Shown here: in pieces, positions 54,019-64,000 of the stretch
Layout of the letters: every line of letters starts with the position of its first letter
Numbering within the stretch: the stretch's first letter is position 1
NCBI GenBank assembly: GCA_963739895.1
Contig: CAVUCR010000014.1
Coordinates: forward strand, 164,367 to 228,366
DNA from: an uncultured Ignavibacteria bacterium
GTDB taxonomy: Bacteria > Bacteroidota > Ignavibacteria > Ignavibacteriales > Ignavibacteriaceae
DNA length: 64,000 bases
Reading direction: 5' to 3'
Translations under genes and position numbers: made by a program
The notes under the pieces: model-generated
The model's input: only the letters and a program-made list of their open reading frames with translations
Told to the model about the DNA's origin: nothing
Database searches by the model: none

Positions 54019-55923
54019 ATGCATCATCTCCAAACTTTTGATATCGTAATTATAGTAGTCTATTTTTTAATTGTTTTTATGATTGCAGCATATTATACCA
54101 GGAGGGCCGGGAAAGACACCGGCGAGTTTTTTCTTTCTGGAAGAAATTTACCCTGGTATATTGCAGGCACAGCGATGGTTGCCACTACATTTGCAGCGGA
54201 TACTCCTCTTGCAGTAACCGAATTAGTAGCTCACAATGGAATTGCAGGAAATTGGCTCTGGTGGAATATGGCAATCGGGGCTATGCTTACCGTATTCTTT
54301 TTTGCAAAATTATGGCGCCGTGCCAATATAATGACTGATGTTGAGTTTGTTGAACTTAGATATTCGGGAAAAGCGGCTGCCGTACTTCGCGGTTTTAGAG
54401 CTATTTATCTTGGCCTCTTTATGAATGCGATTGTAATGGGATGGGTAAATAAGGCTATGGAAAAAATATTCCATGTAACTATACCCGGTATTGATCCTTT
54501 TTTACTTGTGGTAATTGCGGCTTTAATTATTGCGGTTTATGCATCAGCTTCTGGATTACTAGGTACGGCAAGAACCGACAGTTTTCAATTTCTGTTCGCA
54601 ATGACTGGCTGTATAATATTGGCTGTTATTGTGGTTAATTTACCTCAAGTTGGCGGTGTAGTGGCATTGAAAGATAAGCTTGCTCCGCAAGTGCTTGATT
54701 TTTTACCAAAGGTTGGTAAAATCTCGGCGGAAGGGATTACCGGGGGAGTACTTGCTATTCCGGTAGGTGCGTTCTTTGCATATATAGGTTTACAATGGTG
54801 GTCAAGCTGGTATCCCGGTTCGGATCCCGGCGGCGGCGGCTATGTTGCACAGCGTATGATGTCTGCAAAAGATGAAAAACATAGTTTGTTTGCTACTTTG
54901 TGGTTTACAATTGCTAATTATACCGTACGCCCCTGGCCCTGGATCCTGGTCGCTCTCGCGGCTTTGGTTTTACTTCCGAGGGCACAAAGTCCTGAAGCAA
55001 TAAAAGCTCAGTATCCGGTGTTGTATGAAAAAGTTGTAGAAGCATATAACCACCAGGAGCTTCTTAGTTCGAATGACCCGGTTTATAAATCGCCTGAATT
55101 TATGAAAGTTTATGATGAATATGAGAATACTGTTGATCCGGGAGTTATGTATCCCAAATTAATGCTTATGTACCTGCCGACCGGTTTTCTTGGAATGTTG
55201 ATTGCCGTTTTCTTAGCTGCTTATATGTCTACGATAGCTTCTCAATTAAACTGGGGAACTTCCTACTTAATAAATGATTTTTACAGAAGATTTATAAAGA
55301 GAAGTGCCGATGAAAAGCACTATGTTCTGATTTCCAGAATAGCAATGATCCTGCTGACTATATTTTCCCTTATTATAACCGATGTTTTTCTCACAACAGT
55401 TTCTGGAGCATGGATATTTATTATAAATGCAAGTGCAGGGATAGGAGCTGTTCTTATTTTACGCTGGTATTGGTGGCGGATAAATGCCTGGTCGGAAATT
55501 TCCGCGATGATTGCACCTCTTATAATTTATCCGGTTTCTGTTTATGGATTTGGAATGGAATCACCAATGACTCTTTACCCGACTGTTATTGGTACAACAT
55601 TAGTCTGGTTGATTGTTACTTTTATAACAAAACCAACTGATGAGAAAAAGTTAATGTCATTTTATGAAAGAACTTATCCGGGGGGAGTTGGATGGAAGCA
55701 TATCCAAAGCTTATTACCTGAAACTAAACAAAACAATTATTTTGGAAGAACATTAGTCAATTGGATAATGGGAATAATTTTGGTTTATGCTTCTTTATTC
55801 GGTGTTGGCAATATTATTTTTGCAGATTTTTTAACCGGGATTATAATATTGTTGATTGGTGCAGGTGCTGCCGCAGTAATCTATTTTAACCTGAAGGTAC
55901 AGGGTTTTAAAACTTTAAGATAA
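54019..55923 (+). CDS. Sodium:solute symporter (SSS) family permease (634 aa)
   Basis: FFLSGRNLPWYIAGTAMVATTFAADTPL, YVAQRMMSAK. More than 13 TM helices. It lies between hydrolase and kinase genes. Confidence 0.8.
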   Translation: MHHLQTFDIVIIVVYFLIVFMIAAYYTRRAGKDTGEFFLSGRNLPWYIAGTAMVATTFAADTPLAVTELVAHNGIAGNWLWWNMAIGAMLTVFFFAKLWRRANIMTDVEFVELRYSGKAAAVLRGFRAIYLGLFMNAIVMGWVNKAMEKIFHVTIPGIDPFLLVVIAALIIAVYASASGLLGTARTDSFQFLFAMTGCIILAVIVVNLPQVGGVVALKDKLAPQVLDFLPKVGKISAEGITGGVLAIPVGAFFAYIGLQWWSSWYPGSDPGGGGYVAQRMMSAKDEKHSLFATLWFTIANYTVRPWPWILVALAALVLLPRAQSPEAIKAQYPVLYEKVVEAYNHQELLSSNDPVYKSPEFMKVYDEYENTVDPGVMYPKLMLMYLPTGFLGMLIAVFLAAYMSTIASQLNWGTSYLINDFYRRFIKRSADEKHYVLISRIAMILLTIFSLIITDVFLTTVSGAWIFIINASAGIGAVLILRWYWWRINAWSEISAMIAPLIIYPVSVYGFGMESPMTLYPTVIGTTLVWLIVTFITKPTDEKKLMSFYERTYPGGVGWKHIQSLLPETKQNNYFGRTLVNWIMGIILVYASLFGVGNIIFADFLTGIIILLIGAGAAAVIYFNLKVQGFKTLR

Positions 55924-55981
55924 AAATACTCAAGTTCTCTGATTCCATGAATTATTTTTAAATTTTAATAGAATATTTATT

Positions 55982-58728
55982 ATGAATAGATTTTCTATGG
56001 GCATCGATATCGGTGGAACACATGCAACTGCAGGAATTATAGATTTAAATAATCAAAAAATAATTAATGGCAGTATAATAAGAATTTATACCGATTCTTC
56101 CGGCAGTCAGTCTGTAATATTAAAAAGCTGGTCTGATCTGGCTCGACAGTGTTTATCAGTAATTAAAAATAAGAGCATTGAAGGTATAGGCATAGCAATA
56201 CCCGGACCTTTCGATTATTCAAATGGCATTTCAGAAATATTAAATGTCGGCAAATATGAATCATTATTCGGTTTAAATATTAGATATGCTTTGGCATTTG
56301 CCTTAAAAGATTTTATTCAGCCTCAACAGATTCGCTTTATGAATGACGCGCACTGTTTCCTGGCAGGAGAAATGTGGCATGATTCATCTGAAGATCAAAA
56401 TGTAATTGGTTTAACTCTGGGAACCGGTTTTGGCTCGGCTTTTTACAAGGATAATCGGATTGTTGATTCCGGTAATGGTGTTCCGCCCGGAGGCTTCCTT
56501 TTTAATCAGCCATTCCGTAATGCAAGAGCAGAAAATTTTTTCAACTCCTCCTGGTTTATCCAGCGTTACTTTGAATTGAGCGGTGAAAGTTTGGAGAATG
56601 TAGAATCACTTGCTCAATTTGTACAAAAAAATGATACTGTTCTCAAGGTTTTTAATGAATTTGCAGTTAATCTCGCTGACTTCATTAGTAGTTTTATAAT
56701 TGAATTTAAAGCTCAAAAGTTAGTTATTGGCGGCAGTATTTCTAAATCTTCATTTTTATTTAAAGATATTCTGGAAAAGGAATTATACTCAAGAAGCATT
56801 AAAATTAATATAAATATCTCAAACTTGGGTGAGCATGCAGCTTTAATTGGTGCCGCCAGATTAATTGATTATAACTTTTATAAACAACAGCCCGTTTTCC
56901 CGCATCAAAATTCTGTTATCATGCATAATGAAAACCATGAAAATGGGGAACTGCAATCTACTGAGTGGAGAAAGACCAAACAATTTCTGGCACCTGTAAT
57001 TCACACACCCGTTACTGAAGGTATTTACGATATTTATCCTTCATTTCCTCTTGGCCCCGGAAAAATTAATCAGGGAATTGCAGGAATTGTTGATGAACTA
57101 GTTAAACAAGATAAAATTATTATAGACGGGTATATTGGTGTGTTCTGGCAAATTCTGGCGGAGCAGCTTTTTAAAGAATTTACTAAAAGAAATATCCGGG
57201 TTTCTATTTTTGATGTAAAAAGCGCTATGAAAACTGAAGGAGCAATTGTTAAATTGATCGATCCTTATATGGGAAAAGAAAAATCGGTATTCGGGAAAAA
57301 AACAGATTTAGAGCTAATTGATTTTTTTGATAAACAGAAATTAAAAAAAATAATTCCTGACTCTGAAGCTGAAATGAATATCCTTTTAGGTTGCGGGGCA
57401 GCGTTAGCAGGATGGAACGGGCTGCTAGTCTATGCAGATTTACCAAAAAACGAACTTCAATTTCGAATGAGAGCCGGCAGCGCCAGCAACCTTGGCTCAA
57501 ATTATACTGGCGATACGCAATTTATTTATAAGCGGTTTTATTTTGTTGATTGGATCGTTTTAAATAACCATAAAAGAAAATTACTTCCGCAGATCGATCA
57601 TATGATTGATGCCCAGCGGCCGAAAGACCTTTTATCAGTAAATGCTGAGAATGTTAGAGAAGCACTGAAAGATATGAGCCGTAATTTTTTTAGGGTTAGG
57701 CCATGGTTTGAACCTGGACCATGGGGCGGATCATGGATTAAGAAAAATATCAGCGGACTTGCGCAGGACGTACCGAATTATGCCTGGTCATTTGAATTAA
57801 TTGTTCCCGAGAATGGTCTCATGCTCGAAAGTGATGGTATGCTATTGGAAATATCCTTTGATTTTCTAATGTATCAGGAATATCAAGCGGTGTTAGGCAG
57901 AGCTGCAAAACGATTCGGCATCGAATTTCCGATCCGCTTTGATTTTTTGGACACATTCGATGGAGGAAATTTATCCGTTCAATGTCATCCAAGACCGGAA
58001 TATATAAAAGATGAATTCGGTGAGAACTTTACACAGGATGAGACTTACTATATTCTTGATACAAAAGATCATGCAAGAGTATACCTAGGATTTAAAGAGG
58101 GGATTGAAAAGGATCAATTTAAGAAGGATCTTCAGACAAGTTTTGAAAAAGCAGTTCCAATAAATATTGAGCAATATGTTCAATCTCATCCTGTGAATAA
58201 ACATGATCTCCTGCTTATTCCAAATGGAACAATCCATGGTTCCGGAATAAATAACCTTGTGCTGGAGATATCGAGCACCCCCTATATTTTTACTTTTAAG
58301 ATGTATGATTGGTTAAGAATGGATCTGGAAGGTAAACCGAGACCGATTAATATCGATCATGCCTTCAATAATCTTTATTTTGACCGGAAAGGAAATCAGG
58401 TTAAAAATGAATTTATTGCTAGACCGGAAGTAATTACAACAGGAAAAGATTGGAGGATAGTACATTTAAAACTCATCAAGATCATTTCTATGATGTTGAA
58501 CGTATTGAATTTGAAAGTTCAATTGATATTAATACTGATAACGAGTGCCATGTTTGTAATTTGGTTAAAGGTGAATCAATTATTCTAAAGACAAAAAACG
58601 GTATGAACCGGCGGTTTAATTATGCCGAAACATTTGTAATTCCTGCTGCTGCAGAAAATTACAGACTAATTAATAATAGCAGCTCGGAAGCTTGGGTGAT
58701 AAAAGCATTCATAAAGGAATTTGAATGA
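55982..58728 (+). CDS. Three-part fusion: ROK-family kinase - unassigned middle region - class I mannose-6-phosphate-isomerase-like cupin; frame broken once
   Basis: N-terminus GIDIGGTHATAG, NDAHCFLAGE, GTGFGSA (ROK/ASKHA). C-terminus PWGGSW, LSVQCHP, QDETYYIL, IPNGTIHGSG (PMI metal-ligand contexts). ORFs 55982..58588 and 58450..58728 join in the A run 58468-58471. Confidence 0.7.
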
Positions 58729-60121
58729 GATTCAATATAAATTATGACAGCGAAAACAGAAGATATTTGTTAATGCTTGCGCTTGCAGCTGCATTGGGAG
58801 GTTTTTTATTTGGATTTGATACCGCTGTAATCTCGGGTACAGAAGGATTTGTTAAAAATAAATTTTTATTGGATGCACTGGCTGAAGGCTGGTTTGTCGG
58901 TATTGCACTCCTAGGATGTATTGCCGGGGTTTTAATTGCCGGTTATTTAAGCGATAGGTTCGGCAGAAAACCTGTACTAATGCTTTCTGCAATATTATTC
59001 TCATTATCGGCAGCTGGTTGTGCAATAAGCTCATCATATATTCAGCTCATTATATACAGATTAGTCGGAGGCCTGGGAATTGGTGTTGCCTCCATTGTTT
59101 CACCATTATATATTTCGGAAATCTCCATACCCCGGATGCGTGGAAAGCTTGTAACATTATACCAGCTTGCTATCACTACCGGTATTTTAGCAGCCTATCT
59201 TTCAAATTATTGGATCTTAACAAGTGCATCCGCCAGCCAAAATTCTGACGGATCATTCTGGCATTGGATTATGGTAGACGAAATGTGGCGGGGTATGTTC
59301 GGAGCAGGGACTCTCCCTGCATTCCTTTTTTTTGTCCTTCTATTTTTTATCCCTGAATCACCCCGTTTTTTAATGTTAAAAGGGAAAGAGGAGAAGGCAC
59401 ATTTAATCATTGCTCATATTAATGGTGAAACAAATGCCCGGGAAGAGATCGGGATATTAACGCGAGTTTAAATACAAAAGCGGGCTCATTAAAAGAATTA
59501 TTTAAACCGGGAATTTTTAAAGCTTTAATTATAGGTATTTCTTTAGCAGTCTTCTCCCAGTTCAGCGGTATAAATGCTATTATTTATTATGGTGTGAAAA
59601 TTTTAAAAGAAGCGGGATTAGGATCAGGAGGAGCATTTTGGGGGCAGGTTACTATCGGAATAGTAAATACTCTGTTTACATTCGTTGCTATACTTACAAT
59701 TGATAAATTCGGACGTAAACCATTACTAATCTGGGGTGTTTCAGGTGCTGTAATTTCCTTAGTTGTAGTCGGTATTTTATTCGCACTCAATATCACATCA
59801 AGTACTTTGCTGCTTATATTCATTTTATTTTATATCGCTTGTTTTGCTTTTTCTTTTGGACCGGTAGTCTGGGTTATTTTATCGGAAATTTATCCGACTC
59901 GAATTCGTGGAAGAGCGATGGGAATCGCAACGCTTTCTTTATGGGTCGGAACGTGGATTGTCGGGCAGTTTACTCCTTTTCTTTTAGAGACAATTAAGCC
60001 TTATGGAACTTTCTGGTTATTTGCATTAACGTGCTTCCCAGCAATAATTGTTACGTGGAAATTTGTTCCTGAAACTAAAAATAAACCACTCGAGGAGATT
60101 GAAAAAATTTGGCTGAAATGA
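58725..60121 (+). CDS. MFS sugar porter (XylE/GalP-like sugar:H+ symporter); frame broken once
   Basis: GGFLFGFDTAVISG, DRFGRKP, YISEISIPRMRG, PESPRFL, FSQFSGINAIIYY, DKFGRKPLL, PETKNKPLEEIE. ORFs 58725..59471 and 59594..60121 join at GGG 59451-59453. Confidence 0.88.
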
Positions 60122-60264
60122 TTACAATATCTCATATCTGGTATTAAAGAATAATAAAATTAGGAAAAAATAACTCTGTATTTATCTTTGGGAAAGTCTC
60201 TGATAATAATTAAATAATCAATTGATTATAAAATATACTTATTTGTTTTTATGGAGTGTGAAAC

Positions 60265-62088
60265 TTGATAAAAAAAATAATACCAATAATTTTAATTTTA
60301 TTTATCCCTTTCTTCACTTTTGCTCAATCAACCGGCGGCGGCGGGCAATCCCCTAATTTAAAGACAAATGAAAAAGCTTTGCAGCGATGGCAGAAATTGA
60401 AATTCGGAATGTTCATCCATTGGGGACCCGTTACTCTTCGCGGAACTGAAATAGGCTGGTCAAGAGGTACCGAAGTTCCAATAAAAGATTATGACAACCT
60501 GTATAAGGAATTTAATCCAGTACTTTTTAATGCTAAAGAATGGGTAAGTGCAATTAAAAATGCCGGAATGAAATATCTTGTTATTGTGACAAAACATCAT
60601 GACGGGTTTTGTTTATGGCCATCAGCATATACGGATTACGATATTGCATCAACACCATATAAAAAAGATATTTTAAAAGCATTAGAGGAAGAATGTAAAA
60701 AACAGGGAATTTTATTCGGTACATATTATTCAATTGCTGATTGGCATCATCCTGATTATACAACAAGGCATGGAGGAGATCCAAGACCTGTCAATAAATC
60801 AACCATGCCTGAATATTTTATCTACCTAAAAAATCAGGTTAAAGAGCTTATTGAAAATTATGACACTAATATTTTGTGGTTTGACGGTTGGTGGGAAGAT
60901 TCATGGACACATGAATATGGAATGGAATTATACAATTATGCCCGCTCATTAAAAAATGATATCCTTATAAACAACCGGGTGGATAAAGGCCGGGGCGAAA
61001 ATGGAATGACCGAATCGGGAAAATATGCCGGCGATTTTGGAACACCTGAACAAAAAATAGGAGCTTTCTATCCAAACCAGCCATGGGAATCGTGTATTAC
61101 TATTTGCACTCATTGGTCATGGGTACCGAATGATAAAATGAAAAGTCTGAGAGAATGCATTCAGACTTTGGCCCAAACTGCAGGAGGCGGAGGAAACTTA
61201 TTATTAAATGTTGCTCCAATGTTTGACGGCAGAATGGAACAACAGCAAATTAAAAGACTTAAAGAAATTGGTGACTGGCTTAAGATTAATGGTGAAAGCA
61301 TCTATGGAACAAAAGGCGGTCCCATCAAACCAACAAATTGGATGGCATCGACTCAAAAAGAAAATAAAATATTTATTCATCTCTTTAAGTGGCCGGATAA
61401 TAAATTAATTCTACCGGGATTCCAAAATTATAAAATTCAATCTGTTTCAATTTTAAATACCGGACAAATCCTTTCTTATGATATTATTGATGGGAAGACG
61501 GAAATAAATTTACCTCCGAAACAAATTGATTTAAATAATACTGTTGTTGAAATTCAATTTGATAAAAATGTAGATTCAATTCAGCCAATGGAAATTCCTA
61601 AGAACTTTTTAGCCGGGCTCGATGGAGCTGCATTAAAGCTTAAATATCATTATAGTCCAAAATATTCTGCCAATAATCTGGAAACACTAACAGATAAAGT
61701 TCGCGGTTCTTTAAGTTATACTGATACTAAATGGCTGGGATTTGAGAAGTCCAATTTCGAAGCAGAAATTGATCTAGGTGAAGAAAAACAGATTCACAAA
61801 ATTGGGATCGGGTGTCTGCAGGATCAGAATGTATGGATCTTCCTTCCCAAATCAGTTAAAGTATTTGTTTCAAATGATAATCAAAATTATACTTTAGAAA
61901 GTTCACAAAAAATAGATGCAGCTGCTAAAAATGATACTGTCGGGATTTCAGATATATATATTCCGCTAAAAAATGCAAAAGCAAGATATATCAAATTAGT
62001 TGCGGAAAATATTGGCGTATGTCCGGCCTGGCATAAAGGAGCAGGAGGTGATGCCTGGTTGTTTGTTGATGAAATTCTTATGGAATGA
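60265..62088 (+). CDS. Glycoside hydrolase family 29 alpha-L-fucosidase with a C-terminal carbohydrate-binding-like module
   Basis: Signal peptide, KFGMFIHWGP, KYLVIVTKHHDGFCLWPS, ILWFDGWW, NLLLNVAP. The C-terminal module ends AWLFVDEILME. TTG start. Confidence 0.85.
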   Translation: MIKKIIPIILILFIPFFTFAQSTGGGGQSPNLKTNEKALQRWQKLKFGMFIHWGPVTLRGTEIGWSRGTEVPIKDYDNLYKEFNPVLFNAKEWVSAIKNAGMKYLVIVTKHHDGFCLWPSAYTDYDIASTPYKKDILKALEEECKKQGILFGTYYSIADWHHPDYTTRHGGDPRPVNKSTMPEYFIYLKNQVKELIENYDTNILWFDGWWEDSWTHEYGMELYNYARSLKNDILINNRVDKGRGENGMTESGKYAGDFGTPEQKIGAFYPNQPWESCITICTHWSWVPNDKMKSLRECIQTLAQTAGGGGNLLLNVAPMFDGRMEQQQIKRLKEIGDWLKINGESIYGTKGGPIKPTNWMASTQKENKIFIHLFKWPDNKLILPGFQNYKIQSVSILNTGQILSYDIIDGKTEINLPPKQIDLNNTVVEIQFDKNVDSIQPMEIPKNFLAGLDGAALKLKYHYSPKYSANNLETLTDKVRGSLSYTDTKWLGFEKSNFEAEIDLGEEKQIHKIGIGCLQDQNVWIFLPKSVKVFVSNDNQNYTLESSQKIDAAAKNDTVGISDIYIPLKNAKARYIKLVAENIGVCPAWHKGAGGDAWLFVDEILME

Positions 62089-62115
62089 TTCTGATATTAT
62101 TAAATCAAGAATTTT

Positions 62116-64000
62116 ATGTTAACTAAAAAAAATATCATGAAAAGAAGAGAATTTATTAAAGATGCTGCTTTAACAACTGCGGGAATAATAGTCTCGCCGA
62201 TGATTCTTGAATCCTGTGCGACACATAAACGCCCGAATATTTTATTTATTATGTCAGACGATCATGCATATCAGGCTATCAGCAGTTACGGCAGCAAATT
62301 AAATCTCACACCCAATATCGATAAGCTGGCAAATGAGGGGCTCCTGTTTGAACAGAGTTTTGTTACTAATGCCATTTGCGGTCCGAGCAGAGCTTGTATC
62401 CTTACCGGGAAATACAATCATATAAATGGAATGATTGATAACGGAACCACCTTCGACGGTTCACAAGAGACTTCTATAAAACTTCTGCAGAAAAATGGTT
62501 ATCAGACTGCAATAGTAGGTAAATGGCATCTCAAAAGTCAGCCTGAAGGATTTGATTATTGGAATATTCTTCCCGGGCAGGGTGAATATTACAATCCTGA
62601 TTTTATCGAAATGGGTAACAAAAAAAGAGTTGAAGGTTATGTTACCGATTTGATTGCAGATTTTGCAGTCAATTGGATCAGTCACCGGGATAAAAGCAAA
62701 CCATTTTGTTTAATGCTTCACAATAAGGGACCGCATCGAAATTGGATGCCGGATCCCAAACATTTTGATATGTATGATAATAAGGAATTACCGTTACCGG
62801 AAACTTACTATGATGATTACAAAACTAGAAGCGAAGCCGCAAGAGATCAAAAGATGAAAGTTGACAGAGATTTGTCACTTGATTATGATCTAAAAATACC
62901 GGTTGATGAAAAAGAAAGACAAAAGTTTAAAGATGAAAAATTTGACGAGGCTTCATGGAAGAGCAGTTATAATAGAATGTCAGATGAACAAAAAGCAGAA
63001 TGGAATAAAGAATATGATGGTAAAAAGGAAAAGTTTGAAGGAAGCAGCCTGCTCGGCAAAAAATTATCTGAGTGGAAATATGAAAGATATATTAAGGATT
63101 ATTTAGAATGTATTGCTTCGGTCGATGATAATGTCGGGCGGGTTTTAAATTATCTTAAAAAAACTGATTTGGAAGAGAATACAATTGTAGTTTATACCTC
63201 AAATCAGGGATTTTATCTTGGCGAACACGGCTGGTTTGATAAACGGTGGATGTATGAGGAATCATTAAGAACACCTTTGATTATAAAAGTTCCGGATGTT
63301 ACTCATGGAGATGTAGATAATTCTGATATGGTCCTTAATATTGATTATGCTCCTACATTTTTAGACTATGCAGGTATCCCTATTCCGGCCGATATGCAGG
63401 GAAGATCAATTAGAAAAATTTTAGAAGGAGGTCATCCCTCAAACTGGAGGGATGCAATTTACTACCATTATTACGAGTATCCTGCAGAACATAGCGTTAA
63501 AAGGCATTATGGAATTAGAACTAACCGCTATAAGCTAATTCATTTTTATTATGATATTGATGCCTGGGAACTATATGATTTAAAAGAATGATCCGAATGA
63601 ATTAAATAATCTTTATGATAATCCTGAGTACAAACCGATTATAAAAGAATTAAAGATGCAGCTGCAAAAATTACGCGAGCAATATAAAGATACGGATGAG
63701 AAAAAATTTCTTCCTAAAAAAAATATTAAAATAAATCATATAGGAATAGGAGCTAAGGTTACTTTTGTTTATCCCTATTCTTCAAAATATTCCGGGGGAA
63801 ATCCCAACGCATTATTTGACGGCTGGTGCGGACCCGACAAAATGTATTCTCATGTTGATTATTCCGTGTGGCAGGGATTTGAAAAAAACGATATGATAGC
63901 AGCCGTTGATCTCGGTAAAGAACTCGAGCTGAAAGATATTAAAATCGGATTTCTTCAATATTTGGAATCATGGATCTTTTTGCCTGAATGGGTTGAAATC
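62116..64000 (+). CDS. Sulfatase (formylglycine-dependent, N-acetylglucosamine-6-sulfatase-like) with an extra C-terminal module; frame broken once; 3' end outside the window
   Basis: Twin-arginine-like signal MKRREFIKDAALTTAG. NILFIMSDDH. CGPSRACILTG (CxPxR). GKWHL. The break is in the A run 63582-63586 (..ELYDLK / NDPNELNNLYDNPEY..). The frame remains open to 64000. An alternative start is ATG 62137. Confidence 0.85.

Overview
AT-rich bacterial chromosomal window (G+C not computed). All assignments come from motifs read in the translations; no searches were run. Flagellar genes, a carboxypeptidase-regulatory-domain TonB receptor and a glycoside-hydrolase cluster suggest an FCB-group organism, possibly Ignavibacteria-like (inference).

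Layout:
- 1-8.4 kb: late flagellar operon flgK-flgL-motAB-fliW-csrA, then a REC-HPt protein, a second motAB pair, two more receiver proteins and a hypothetical.
- 8.6-24.2 kb: housekeeping genes, namely a PLP Cys/Met enzyme, PfkB kinase-mtnA-recO, htrA, aroC, an MBL hydrolase, an ABC permease with a degenerate ATPase, an acyl-CoA carboxyltransferase, and an MltD-like transglycosylase with six LysM repeats.
- 24.3-29.1 kb: a TPP riboswitch with terminator, then a TonB receptor, thiamine pyrophosphokinase and an SSS permease.
- 29.2-32.5 kb (minus strand): terC, pdaD, tyrS, smpB.
- 32.9-40.3 kb: a sensory island of two HisKA_2 kinases, one receiver and one kinase remnant, bracketed by two paralogous ParA-like ATPases. 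One ParA is coupled to a small TPR protein.
- 40.7-64 kb: an amino-sugar/glycan utilisation locus with GH3, nagA, nagB, three ROK proteins, GH20, GH18, SSS and MFS permeases, GH29 and a sulfatase.

I recognised no tRNA, rRNA, CRISPR array, transposase or integrase, and no obvious defence system.

Main caveat: at least 17 single-nucleotide frame breaks interrupt 14 conserved genes, including tyrS and aroC. These are most likely indel errors, so the ORF-track fragments are merged below.

Most interesting candidates: the ROK-unknown-PMI fusion, the kinase-less phosphorelay parts beside two stator sets, the ParA-TPR pair, and the riboswitch-controlled thiamine salvage operon.
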